Assembly: GCA_036845805.1 (NCBI GenBank)
Contig: DAIUDD010000001.1
Location: 169,594 to 231,328 of the forward strand
Source of the DNA: Patescibacteria group bacterium
GTDB lineage: Bacteria > Patescibacteriota > Patescibacteriia > UBA2196
DNA length: 61,735 nt
Reading direction: 5' to 3'
Below, in pieces: positions 1 to 10,368 of this stretch; the stretch's first letter is position 1; each line of letters begins with the position of its first letter. Under the pieces are notes generated by a model, which did not search any database, was not told the DNA's origin, and worked only from the letters and a program-made list of their open reading frames with translations. A program made the translations under genes and the position numbers.

Positions 1-113
1 CGTGCAGAAAATCAGCCACGCTGGCCAGCGTTTAGGTGGTATTGTGACACTATTGGCATTGACTGGCTTATGGCTCTTGAAAAAATAAATTCCGCCCCCA
101 AACTCTATTAATT

Positions 114-1046
114 ATGCTGCATCAAAAATCAATTTTTAAAATTTTTTCTTATCTTTTTATAATTGCTATCATCATCTTTTTGGTTTTTTATTTAAAGAAT
201 AATTGGTCAAAAATAACTTTCCCCGAGCTTAAATTTGATTACTTATACCTTATCATTTCTTTTATTCTTTTTGCACTCAGTTTAATTGGTTTAGCGCTTC
301 TTTGGGGTCTAATCCTAAAAAAATTAGAACCAGCAAATACCTTAACTAAACAAAAAATAATTACTATCTATCTGGCCAGTGAATTAGCCAAATACACCCC
401 AGGCAACATTTGGGCCATTGTCGGTCGGGTGCTTTGGGGTAATCAAGCTGGGGCCAGTAAAAAAAATCTTTTGATTAGTTCTTTCTTAGACAGTGTCTTG
501 GCGGCTCTTTCTGTTATTGAACTGGGCGTAATTTTACTTTTCATCGCCTTGGGGAAAAATTGGCCTAATCTTTACCCGCTCGCGCTGGTAGTAATTATTA
601 TTAGTTTAATAATTATTCATCCAAAAATTTTTTATCCTCTTTTTAATTGGTTTTTTAAAAAAATAAAAAAAGAACAAATATTACCAGAAAATTTCATTAA
701 TTATCTTGACATTATAAAAATTAATCTCTTCTACTTTATTGTAGCTATATTTTTTTCTTTATCATTTTTATTTTTTGTCCGTTCTTTTACTGCTTTTCCA
801 ACCCCTGTTAGTCTTGGTTTAATGTCTGCCTTTGCCTTAAGCGCCGGTCTTGGCACTATTGCTCTTTTTGCGCCAAGTGGTCTTGGCGTACGTGAAGGCA
901 TCCTGGTTTTAATTCTTAAAAATTTTCTACCCGCTGCTCTTTCTGTTTTCCTTTCTTTAATTTTTAGAATCTGGCTAACAGTTATAGAAATTTTACTTTT
1001 TTCAATTTTCTGGCTTTATAATTTTTTTACTTCACAAAAAAAATGA
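114..1046 (+). CDS. Lysylphosphatidylglycerol-synthase-like / UPF0104 flippase-like membrane protein
   Basis: Multi-TM 310 aa ORF with KYTPGNIW and APSGLGVREG motifs typical of the family. Confidence 0.7.
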   Translation: MLHQKSIFKIFSYLFIIAIIIFLVFYLKNNWSKITFPELKFDYLYLIISFILFALSLIGLALLWGLILKKLEPANTLTKQKIITIYLASELAKYTPGNIWAIVGRVLWGNQAGASKKNLLISSFLDSVLAALSVIELGVILLFIALGKNWPNLYPLALVVIIISLIIIHPKIFYPLFNWFFKKIKKEQILPENFINYLDIIKINLFYFIVAIFFSLSFLFFVRSFTAFPTPVSLGLMSAFALSAGLGTIALFAPSGLGVREGILVLILKNFLPAALSVFLSLIFRIWLTVIEILLFSIFWLYNFFTSQKK

Positions 1047-2875
1047 TTCTTAAAAAACATTATTCTAATTTTGTTTCCGCACAGACTACAACAATCTTTT
1101 TAAGCGGTTTATTTTTTGTTTTACTTTTTTTAGTTTTTAAATATCTATTAATAGATGCTTACTATTGGCAAAAAACGATCAATTTTATTACTGGTCATAC
1201 AGTCAGTTCTATTGGCCTTAATAAAATAAATAAACTCTATCTCTATCCTTTCAATTATTTCATTTTTTACAGCGGTCTTTTTTTGATTGTTTCAGCCTTG
1301 CTTTTAAAAATTCCGTCAATTATTAATTTTTTTTATTCTTGGCTACAAAAAATTTGGTCCTGGTTTAACAAATTATCTCTTAAACAGTTACTTTTACTTA
1401 TTTTAGGGATTAATCTAATTGGCAAAATATTATTGCTTATATTTACACCCGAACTTAAATTGGCTCACGACGGAGCCGAATATATTGATATTGCCCGAAA
1501 CTTACTTGCTGGTCATGGTTTTATCAGTCGTCTGGTTTATGATTTTACCTTAACCACCTCGGTGCCTTATGCATTAGCGCTTTTTCCACCCCTTTTTCCC
1601 TTTCTTTTATATTTTTCTTTTTCTTTTTTTGGTCCCAATCTTTTTGCTGCCGGACTAATTGGTGTCTGCGCTTCCACGTTAATTCCGGTCCTATTATATC
1701 TTTTAACTAAAAATTTAACCCAATCTAAAAACATCGCCTTAACCGCCGCATTTATTATTACATTTAATCAAATTATTATTGGTTGGAGTACACAAATTTT
1801 AACCGAACTGCCATATACGGTTTTTGTACTATTGTGTTTTATTTTTTTAATCCAAGAGAAAAAAAAATCACCCCTTGGAATTGGGCTTTTTCTGGGTTTA
1901 GCATTTTTAACTCGTTGGCAAGGCGCTCTTCTGCTTTTACCAACTATTTTTATTTTTTATCTTTTTAAGATTAAAAAAGAAAATTTTAAAAAATATTTTT
2001 TAAATTTTTTAATCATCTGTTTTGTGTTTTTAATTATTATTAGCCCTTGGTTAATTAGAAATTATCATGTTTTTGGCACCCCCCTTCACACCAGCCAATC
2101 GACCACTAGTTGGTTAAAAAATTTTCAACCCGGTATTAATTCCCCACAAAATTTTTCACTTATTATTTTAACTAAAAACACTTTTTATAATTTCTCAGAA
2201 TTAATCCGTCAAACACCAACTAAAATAATTGGTCACATTGTTTTATTTATATTAACTCTTAGCGGTCTTGTCATTTCCTGGCGTCAAAATAAAAAACAAT
2301 ATCTATTTATTTATTTTTATCTACTAATTAACTACCTATTCTTTTCTTTTTTTAAACCCCTACCACGCTACCTTTATGCCACCACACCCATCTATGTATT
2401 AATAGCTAGTTTGGGTTTCATAAATCTAAAAAGGATAATTAATAATAATTGGTTTAAAATTATTTCTCTTTTATTAGTCATCACCATGATATTGGGAACT
2501 TATCTGGGCATAAAAACAGCCACCGCTATACCAATTAATGATTATCTGCATCCTAACTCTATGGTTGCTGCTAAACAAGCTGCATTATTTTTTAAAAACA
2601 AAAATGATATAAAAACCATTATGTTTGCCAGTCGCCACCCCAATTATTTGAATTATTATTTACCAGGCACTAACATTGTCTTTTTTCCCTCCACTAATGA
2701 AGAATTTATTTGGGCCATCAAACAATTTGATGTTAATTATGTGGTAATTCCATATTATACCAATCCCCATCATGAACCAACCCATTATGCTCCCAAGATA
2801 ATAGGGGAGTATCAAAATAAAAATTTAATTACAGAAAATCAAGAGTTAGACTTAAAAATTTATAAAATTTGGTAA
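1043..2875 (+). CDS. GT-C fold membrane glycosyltransferase (PMT_2/ArnT-like, family 39-like)
   Basis: Many TM helices; HDGAEY..IARNLL, PPLFP, TELPY, GLAFLTRWQG, SPWLIRNY motifs. Confidence 0.7.
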   Translation: MILKKHYSNFVSAQTTTIFLSGLFFVLLFLVFKYLLIDAYYWQKTINFITGHTVSSIGLNKINKLYLYPFNYFIFYSGLFLIVSALLLKIPSIINFFYSWLQKIWSWFNKLSLKQLLLLILGINLIGKILLLIFTPELKLAHDGAEYIDIARNLLAGHGFISRLVYDFTLTTSVPYALALFPPLFPFLLYFSFSFFGPNLFAAGLIGVCASTLIPVLLYLLTKNLTQSKNIALTAAFIITFNQIIIGWSTQILTELPYTVFVLLCFIFLIQEKKKSPLGIGLFLGLAFLTRWQGALLLLPTIFIFYLFKIKKENFKKYFLNFLIICFVFLIIISPWLIRNYHVFGTPLHTSQSTTSWLKNFQPGINSPQNFSLIILTKNTFYNFSELIRQTPTKIIGHIVLFILTLSGLVISWRQNKKQYLFIYFYLLINYLFFSFFKPLPRYLYATTPIYVLIASLGFINLKRIINNNWFKIISLLLVITMILGTYLGIKTATAIPINDYLHPNSMVAAKQAALFFKNKNDIKTIMFASRHPNYLNYYLPGTNIVFFPSTNEEFIWAIKQFDVNYVVIPYYTNPHHEPTHYAPKIIGEYQNKNLITENQELDLKIYKIW

Positions 2876-2963
2876 ACAAAAAAGCCCTCCGATGCACGTC
2901 AAAGGGCTTTACTATTTAAAATAATTTTTCCTTAATTCATCATTCATTATACATTATACAAAT

Positions 2964-4346
2964 TTACTGTCCGCCACCAGACAAAACAGTTTTGATTGTT
3001 TTTAAAAGAATTGATAAATCTAATAATCCCGAACGATTTTTAATATAATACAGATCATATTGCAATTTCTCTAATGCATCGCTTTCACTGGCTCCGTAAG
3101 GAAAATTAATTTGTGCCCAACCAGTTAAACCCGGTTTAATTAACAATCTCTCATTATAAAAAGGAATTTTTTGCTCTAGTTTAGCAATAAATTCTGGTCG
3201 TTCTGGCCTCGGACCAATAAAACTCATCTCGCCTCGCAAGATATTAATTAATTGGGGAATTTCATCTAATCGTGTTTTTCTCAAAAATTTTCCTACTTTA
3301 GTTACCCGCGGATCATTTTTTTGCGCCCACTGTGGCCCGTTTTCTTCCGCATTTTTATACATTGTACGAATTTTAATTGCTAAAAATTTTTTACCCAAAC
3401 GACCCGTTCTTTGTTGCATAAAGAAAAAAGAACCTTCGCTTTCCATTTTAACAATCAAATAAAGTAGCGGCAAAAGAGGTAAAGACACCAATAAAAATAA
3501 AAATGAAAAAATAAAATCAATAGTTCTCTTCATAATTTCATAAATATTTTTTTGGCTTTCCTTCAAATTTTCTACAAACCATACTTGTCCAATTGAATTG
3601 ATGGGTACTTTGCCGGTAAATTTTTCCACAAATGTTGGTAAATCCCAAAAACTGATCTTTAGTGGCAGACATTCATATAGTTTATTAACCAACTGGGGAT
3701 TTTGATGGGGGTTTAAAGCGGTAATAATGGTTTTTATTTTTTTAATCTTTACCAATCCCGAAAGAGAATGGGGCGGATTAATAATTTCCACCGGGCGCAT
3801 TGTTTCGTCTGGCACCTCATTAGTTGCGCCCTCATTAATAATTCCAACCACCTTTAACCCAAGTTGGGGTGTGGCATTAATTTCTTTAGATAAATTTATT
3901 GTCTGTTCATTCAAACCAATAATTAAAACGTTATTTTGCCAAGGTTTAATTGTCACCAATAAATTAAAAATCTGCCGCCAGGCAATCAATAAAACAATCA
4001 CTATTATTAATTCTAATAGCAAATTAGTTTTCGGTGTAATGCCTGGTTTAATCAGATAAAAAACCGTGATGGCAATACCTGCACACCAAGCCATACCCTT
4101 TAAAATTGTGCTATAAAAAAGATAATTATTGCGCGCCAATTGTAGACTATAAATACCGGAAATATAAAAAATTAATAACCATACTGCAAAAATAAAAGTA
4201 AAGGGCAAAAAATGTTGCGTCCAGCGTTCGGCGATTTCTGATCCTTGATAGCGGAATAATAATGTTAACCACAAAGAAAAATAAAAAATGGCTAAATCGC
4301 CAACTATTAAAATTATCAGCTTTATTTTATTAATCCAATCACTCAT
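2964..4346 (-). CDS. Polyprenyl-phosphate sugar-1-phosphate transferase (WcaJ/WbaP-like)
   Basis: N-terminal TMs and C-terminal KIRTM..DPRVTKVGKFLRKTRLDEIPQ..GPRPERP..KPGLTGWAQ domain. Confidence 0.92.
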   Translation of the reverse strand: MSDWINKIKLIILIVGDLAIFYFSLWLTLLFRYQGSEIAERWTQHFLPFTFIFAVWLLIFYISGIYSLQLARNNYLFYSTILKGMAWCAGIAITVFYLIKPGITPKTNLLLELIIVIVLLIAWRQIFNLLVTIKPWQNNVLIIGLNEQTINLSKEINATPQLGLKVVGIINEGATNEVPDETMRPVEIINPPHSLSGLVKIKKIKTIITALNPHQNPQLVNKLYECLPLKISFWDLPTFVEKFTGKVPINSIGQVWFVENLKESQKNIYEIMKRTIDFIFSFLFLLVSLPLLPLLYLIVKMESEGSFFFMQQRTGRLGKKFLAIKIRTMYKNAEENGPQWAQKNDPRVTKVGKFLRKTRLDEIPQLINILRGEMSFIGPRPERPEFIAKLEQKIPFYNERLLIKPGLTGWAQINFPYGASESDALEKLQYDLYYIKNRSGLLDLSILLKTIKTVLSGGGQ

Positions 4347-4473
4347 ATTGTTTATACGAGTTATAATATAACATTTTTAGCTTTTTGGCAAATTTGATTT
4401 TTTAATCTTACCTTCTTTGCTTTTTTATTCAACTATACTATAATTTATAATATAATTTAAAAACATCAAATTT

Positions 4474-6699
4474 ATGACCCGCGCTCAAGTAGCTTCATAT
4501 CTAAAATACGCCCTACAAGGCGTCTTATATGCATTATTAATTACACCGTTATTAATATCTTCTAAATATCTCTTTCCTTTCATCACCACCAAAACCATGT
4601 TTTTTCGTTTATTGATTGAGCTGGCTGTTTTAATCTATATTGCCCTAGCTTTAATCTCAGAAAAATATCGTCCTAAAATGACACGTCTTTCGTGGTTAAT
4701 AGTAATTTTTGGTAGTTTAATATTTCTGACTGGAATTACTGGTGTTGATTTTTATAAAAGTTTTTGGGGCACCATCGAAAGAGGGGAGGGCTTTCTCACT
4801 TTAGGACATCTCATAATTTATTTTTTGTTATTGGCTTGGACTTTTAAAGAAAAAAAGGATTGGTTATATTATCTAGTCGGCTTATCTTTGGTTGGCTTTT
4901 TTGTTAATCTCTATGGCTTGTTGCAAAGATTAAATGTGGAACATTTTTTTCTTTTTGGTAATATTATTCATTCGGGTGCGGGCCGTCTTTCTGCCACCCT
5001 AGGCAATGCCGCTTTCATGGGCGCTTTTACCTTGGCCCAATTTTTTATCTGTCTTATTCTTTTCTTACAAAAAAAAGAATGGTGGTGGCGTTTGATTTTT
5101 ATTGTCTTTGGTCTATTAGATTTTTTCATCCTTTTTCAGACCCAAACTCGTGGCGCTCTCCTAGCCCTCTTAGCAGTAACTATTATTCTCTCCATATTTT
5201 ACACCTTTAAAGGATTTGATAAAAAAAGAAAAATCATCGGAGCTTCAATTTTAATTTTTGTTATTTTAGTGACTAGTTTTATTCTTTTAAATCGGGGCAG
5301 TAACTGGGTAAAAAACAACAGTACTTTAAATCGCTTGGTTAATATTTCAGCCAAAGATATCACCACCGAATCGCGCCTATTAGCTTGGGATACTTCCTGG
5401 AAGGGTTGGAAAGATCGTTTTTTATTCGGTTATGGCTGGGAAAACTATAACGTTGCTTTTAATAAATATTTTCACGCCGAAATTTTTAAAGATTCTGGCT
5501 CACAGCTCTGGTTTGATCGCGCTCACAATACTATTTTTGATATTGCGGTAGCCACCGGAATTTTTGGCTTAATTTCCTATCTTTCTATTTTTGGCTTGGC
5601 TTTATATCTACTATTAAAAAACAAAAATAAGGATTTTGATTTGTACTTATTATTTGCTGGATTATTATTGGCTCATTTTTTACAAAATATCTTTGTCTTT
5701 GATGTCTTATCAACATATATTATTCTTTTTTCAATATTTGCTATTGTTTCCTTTTTAACAGAACAACAAACCACCTTAATCAAGACTCCTAATCGAACTA
5801 TTAAAAATTTTAACTGGATTATTTTTTTGATTGCCACTATTTTAATTATTAGTGCGGCTTATGTCTTTAATTTCAAACCCATGAAAGCTAATGCTCTTGG
5901 TATTAAAGCCATGATTGCCAATAATTCTGGACAATTTAACAAGGCTATTGAAATATTTAATCAAGCTATTGCACTTGGCACCTATCAAACCATGGAAATT
6001 CGCCAAAAAATGGCCGATAATACCGTTGTTTATGCCAAGCCCCAAAACATGTCACAAAGCGATATGTTTAATAACTTGCAAGCCGCTGCTACTCAAATAA
6101 AAAATAATATCACCGAACACCCGTCAGACGTACAAAATTATCTTTATTTAATGGTTATTAATAATCGTTTGGGTCTGTTTGATCGTAAATTTTACGATGA
6201 AGTTATCGCCCTTGGTGATAAAGCATTAGCTCTTTCCCCAACTCGCCCCCAAATTTATTTCGAAATAGGTCAGGCCAAAATAAGTTTGGGTTTATATCAA
6301 GATGGCATTGATTATTTTAAAAACGCCCTTGCTCAATATCCTGATGCTGTTGAATCACATTGGAATCTAATGGCCGCCTATATTATTGCCAAACAAAATA
6401 AATTAGCAGAAGAAGAATATAATTATTTAGTATCTCGTAATTATAACTTTAACAATGCCGATACTCTAAATCGTCTGATTAATACTTACCTCATGGGTAA
6501 TGACAAGGAAAAAATCGCAGCTATCTTAGAAAAATTAGTAATTATAGAACCAACTGGTTCTAATTATGCTCGTCTAGCTGCTGCTTATCGTGATTTAGGT
6601 AAAAAAGACTTGGCTCGTCAAGCTGTTAAAAAAGCAGTTGAATTAGAACCATCGCTGCAAACTGAAGCTCAAAAATTTCTTGAGCTTTTAAATCAATAA
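4474..6699 (+). CDS. O-antigen-ligase-like (Wzy_C) membrane protein with C-terminal TPRs
   Basis: TQTRGA, RLLAW, GYGWENY, RAHN motifs followed by TPR-like helices. Confidence 0.8.
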   Translation: MTRAQVASYLKYALQGVLYALLITPLLISSKYLFPFITTKTMFFRLLIELAVLIYIALALISEKYRPKMTRLSWLIVIFGSLIFLTGITGVDFYKSFWGTIERGEGFLTLGHLIIYFLLLAWTFKEKKDWLYYLVGLSLVGFFVNLYGLLQRLNVEHFFLFGNIIHSGAGRLSATLGNAAFMGAFTLAQFFICLILFLQKKEWWWRLIFIVFGLLDFFILFQTQTRGALLALLAVTIILSIFYTFKGFDKKRKIIGASILIFVILVTSFILLNRGSNWVKNNSTLNRLVNISAKDITTESRLLAWDTSWKGWKDRFLFGYGWENYNVAFNKYFHAEIFKDSGSQLWFDRAHNTIFDIAVATGIFGLISYLSIFGLALYLLLKNKNKDFDLYLLFAGLLLAHFLQNIFVFDVLSTYIILFSIFAIVSFLTEQQTTLIKTPNRTIKNFNWIIFLIATILIISAAYVFNFKPMKANALGIKAMIANNSGQFNKAIEIFNQAIALGTYQTMEIRQKMADNTVVYAKPQNMSQSDMFNNLQAAATQIKNNITEHPSDVQNYLYLMVINNRLGLFDRKFYDEVIALGDKALALSPTRPQIYFEIGQAKISLGLYQDGIDYFKNALAQYPDAVESHWNLMAAYIIAKQNKLAEEEYNYLVSRNYNFNNADTLNRLINTYLMGNDKEKIAAILEKLVIIEPTGSNYARLAAAYRDLGKKDLARQAVKKAVELEPSLQTEAQKFLELLNQ

Positions 6700-6706
6700 A
6701 ATTTTT

Positions 6707-8917
6707 ATGTTTAAAAAAAAGCTTTTTATACTAATTATTATCTCGCTTATAAATTTAATTATTTATCCGCCTTTTTTAATTTTTTCTCCAGTTGAAGCGG
6801 CCCCTCTTTCTGTTTCTGCCCCCCATCGCCCCGGTGAGTTATTAGTTAAACTAAAAAATAGTTCTGAAATATATAAATTTAAATTTTCCTCAGAACAAGA
6901 ATTAAATGATATAATCAACCTCTATCAAAAAAATAAAGATGTCGAATTTGTCGAACCAAACTATCTTTATCAAACCTCTCTAATACCTAGTGATATTCTT
7001 TTTGATAGCCAGGATTATTTATTAACAATTAAAGCACATCATGCATGGAATTTATATACTGGTAATAATCGAGTTATTATTGCTTTTTTAGATTCTGGTG
7101 TTGACATTAATCACCCAGATTTAAAAAATAATCTCTGGGTTAATAATAAAGAAATACCTTACAATGGCATTGATGATGATGAAAACGGCTACACTGATGA
7201 CATTAATGGTTGGGATTTTACTCTAAATTCTTCTGATCCGCGCCCCAAATTAATTGTTCCTTTTTCTGAAACCGGCATTAAACATGGCACGGTAATTGCT
7301 GGCGTAGCCACCGCCGAAGGTAACAATAAAGAAGGTATTTCCGGCATCACTTGGCGTAGCCAAATTATGTCCTTGCGTGTGCTCGATGGCACTGGTACTG
7401 GCGACACCCAAACAGTAGCTAAAGCCATTGATTATGCTCGTTTGCAAGACGCCCAAATTATCAACCTCAGTTTTGTGGGTGAGGGTTATAGCCAAATTTT
7501 AGAAACTGCTATTAAAAAAGCCAACGAAGCCGGCATCTTAGTGGTTGCGGCTGTTGGCAATGAAGTTCATGATGGAGTCAATATGGATACCAATCCTCGA
7601 TACCCCGCTTGTCACAACGGTCCAAATGGAGAAAATTGGGTTATCGGTGTTGCCTCTGTTGATAAAAATAAACAAAAAGCCAGCTTTTCTAATTACGGCG
7701 CCAAATGTGTTGATATCTCTGCTCCGGGCGTTTCCATTATTAGCTCTGTTTATCACGATGAATTAAATACTGATTTTTCTGATTATTATGAAAGCGGCTG
7801 GACCGGAACCTCGGTCTCTGCACCTCAAATAACTGGCGCCGCTGCCCTTATTAAATCACTCAAACCCAACCTTTCCCTTAAGCAGCTTAAAAATATTATT
7901 ATTAATAGTGCTGATAACATCGATGCTCTAAATCCTGTTTTTGCCAAACAATTAGGTACTGGCTTATTAAATGTCTATCAAGCCATCTCTTTGGCAATTG
8001 ATGAAATTGAACGACCGGACATTGAAGTGCAAAAAATTATTAGCTCACCCATAAAAAACGGCGGTCCTCACGTGCGTATTTTTAAAAAAACACAACTAGA
8101 ACAACAATTTTTTGCTCACGATGAAAAATTTCGCGGCGGCGTTTCAGTAACCGGCGGCGATATTAATGGTGATGGCCAAAAAGAAATTATAGCTGCTCTC
8201 GGAAGTGGTACTTATCCTTGGATAAAAATATTTCAGGAAGATGGCACTCTTAAAGACAAAATTATTGCTTTTGATGAAAAATTTCGCGGCGGCGTTGAGG
8301 TCGCTTTGGGTCATCTAGACGATAAACCTGGATTTGAAATCATTGCCGTGCCACAAAGTAACGGCGGCCCACACATCAGAATTTTTAATGGCCAAGGCCA
8401 GCTTATTACTCAATTTTTTGCTTTTGATAAAAAAGAACGCACCGGTTTAAATGTCGCCACTGGTGATATTAATGCTGATGGTTTGGATGAAATTATTGTT
8501 GCTCGCAAATCAGGCCTTTCAGAAGTTAAAATTTTTAATCTAAATGGCCAGCTTATTAACACTTTTAAAATTGATCAAAAAAAGCGCCTTACAAATTTTA
8601 ATCTTGCCACCGGGGATATTAATGCCGATAATCAAACAGAAATAATTTTTAGTTCTTTAAATAATTCACAAATTAAAATTTTTACCTCTCAAGGCCAGCC
8701 CCTCTTAGAATTTTATCCCAATGGTAAATGGGGTGGGGGAGTTACGGTCAGTACCGGAGATATCGACGGGGACGGTGCGGTTGAAATTATCACTGGCAAC
8801 AATTCTGGCGGAGAACCATTAGTTAAAACCTTTAACACCTTAGGTCAACTAAAAAATCAATTCTATGCCTATGATAAAAAATTTCGCGGTGGTGTTAATG
8901 TAGAAATAATTAAATAA
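6707..8917 (+). CDS. Secreted subtilisin-like S8 peptidase with C-terminal FG-GAP-like repeats
   Basis: Catalytic DSGVD, HGTVIAG, GTSVSAP; repeated GDINxDG.EII and FRGGV units. Confidence 0.9.
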   Translation: MFKKKLFILIIISLINLIIYPPFLIFSPVEAAPLSVSAPHRPGELLVKLKNSSEIYKFKFSSEQELNDIINLYQKNKDVEFVEPNYLYQTSLIPSDILFDSQDYLLTIKAHHAWNLYTGNNRVIIAFLDSGVDINHPDLKNNLWVNNKEIPYNGIDDDENGYTDDINGWDFTLNSSDPRPKLIVPFSETGIKHGTVIAGVATAEGNNKEGISGITWRSQIMSLRVLDGTGTGDTQTVAKAIDYARLQDAQIINLSFVGEGYSQILETAIKKANEAGILVVAAVGNEVHDGVNMDTNPRYPACHNGPNGENWVIGVASVDKNKQKASFSNYGAKCVDISAPGVSIISSVYHDELNTDFSDYYESGWTGTSVSAPQITGAAALIKSLKPNLSLKQLKNIIINSADNIDALNPVFAKQLGTGLLNVYQAISLAIDEIERPDIEVQKIISSPIKNGGPHVRIFKKTQLEQQFFAHDEKFRGGVSVTGGDINGDGQKEIIAALGSGTYPWIKIFQEDGTLKDKIIAFDEKFRGGVEVALGHLDDKPGFEIIAVPQSNGGPHIRIFNGQGQLITQFFAFDKKERTGLNVATGDINADGLDEIIVARKSGLSEVKIFNLNGQLINTFKIDQKKRLTNFNLATGDINADNQTEIIFSSLNNSQIKIFTSQGQPLLEFYPNGKWGGGVTVSTGDIDGDGAVEIITGNNSGGEPLVKTFNTLGQLKNQFYAYDKKFRGGVNVEIIK

Positions 8918-8931
8918 TAACTAATAAATAT

Positions 8932-9945
8932 ATGTCTCAAACATTTTATCCCTCCGGTAAACCCAACGTCTTGATTACTGGCGCGGCCGGTTTTATTGGC
9001 TCTCATTTAGCTGAAGAACTCTTAAAAAATAACCACGTAATTGCGGTTGATAATTTTATTACTGGTTCTGTTAAAAACATTGATCCTTTACTTCAAAACC
9101 AAGATTTTGAATTTATTAAACACGATTTAACCGAACCTTTAGATTTTACCAAATTTCCCGAATTAAAAAAATTCAAAGCCGAGTTACAAGGTGTTCAAGA
9201 AATATATCATTTGGCTTGTCCTACTTCGCCCAAAGAATATAATAAATTTCCCCTGGAGACCTTAAAAGCTAATTCTCACGGTACTCTAAATGCCCTAGAA
9301 TTAGCCAAGCAGTATAAAGCTAAATTTTTATTTTTATCATCTTCGGCTATTTATGGTGAAAATTCTACTTCGGAACCAATTAAAGAAGATAACCGTGGCA
9401 ACGTTAATCCTATCGGCCCTCGCTCTTGTTATAATGAAGGTAAAAGGTTTGGTGAAAGCTTGGTTATGAATTACCATCTTAAATATGGTTTAGACACAAA
9501 AATTGCTCGCGTCTTTAATACCTATGGACCGCGCATGAAAATTGATGATGGTCGTATGTTGCCAGATTTTATTATTTCCGCGCTAAAAAACAACCCTCTC
9601 ACTATCTATGGCACCGAACAAGATGCTGGTAGTTATTGTTATATTGATGATATAATTGAAGCTCTCATTCGTTTAATTAAAAGTGAAATTAATACTCCCG
9701 TTAACATTGGCAGTATGCACGCCATGCGTTTTGTAGAAGTAGCTAAATTGATTATTGAATTAACCAATTCTTCTTCTAAAATTAAATTAACCGCGCCATT
9801 GCCATATACTGCTTCTCAGCTTATTCCAGACATTACTTTGGCTAAAGAATCTCTTGATTGGTTTCCCATAGTTTCCTTTGAAGATGGCCTCAAACGAACC
9901 ATTGAAGACATGCGCGTACATTTAAGAGAATATGACTCCATTTAA
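8932..9945 (+). CDS. NAD-dependent epimerase/dehydratase, UDP-glucuronate decarboxylase-like
   Basis: TGAAGFIGSHL, YHLACP.SP, RSCYNEGKR, ARVFNTYGPRM. Confidence 0.85.
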   Translation: MSQTFYPSGKPNVLITGAAGFIGSHLAEELLKNNHVIAVDNFITGSVKNIDPLLQNQDFEFIKHDLTEPLDFTKFPELKKFKAELQGVQEIYHLACPTSPKEYNKFPLETLKANSHGTLNALELAKQYKAKFLFLSSSAIYGENSTSEPIKEDNRGNVNPIGPRSCYNEGKRFGESLVMNYHLKYGLDTKIARVFNTYGPRMKIDDGRMLPDFIISALKNNPLTIYGTEQDAGSYCYIDDIIEALIRLIKSEINTPVNIGSMHAMRFVEVAKLIIELTNSSSKIKLTAPLPYTASQLIPDITLAKESLDWFPIVSFEDGLKRTIEDMRVHLREYDSI

Positions 9946-9996
9946 TAAAATCAATAATTATATCTAATATTAGCCAATTTTAATAAATAATCTAAC

Positions 9997-10043
9997 TTAT
10001 CCACAGTTTTACTATTGACAAAAATTTTAATCCATGCTATAAT
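9997..10043 (+). promoter_or_regulatory. DnaA box plus consensus sigma70 promoter
   Basis: TTATCCACA 9997-10005; TTGACA 10015-10020, 17-nt spacer, TGC-TATAAT 10038-10043. Confidence 0.7.
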
Positions 10044-10100
10044 AATTTATTAATATTTCAGAAAAATAAAATTTGAACTTTAATAAAAAATATATTTTTT

Positions 10101-10362
10101 AAGAAGAGAGATATAACTTGGGTGATAACATAATTTTTATATTGTGTTATTACCTAATAAAATAAGCGGTGGTTGAGCTTTCTCTTCTCATCGCTTATTT
10201 TATTTATCTTACTTGTCATTCCCGATCTAATCGGGAATCCAATTCTTATAATTACTTTTTTTCCTTCACTTTTCTAGAGAAGAGAGATCATCACTGGTTT
10301 ATTAATCTATAATTATTTTAACCAGTCACCGCCTTTTTCTCTAGAAGTGTGAAAGAAAAAAA
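10101..10362 (+). ncRNA. Candidate structured non-coding transcript of two related hairpin units
   Basis: No + strand ORF after a consensus promoter; AGAAGAGAGAT repeated at 10102 and 10278; 14-15 bp stems. Confidence 0.3.
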
Positions 10363-10368
10363 TTTTCA

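Noticed and set aside
8100-8900. GA(T/A)AAAAATTTCGCGG-type nucleotide repeats
   Set aside because: Simply encode the protease's FRGGV protein repeats
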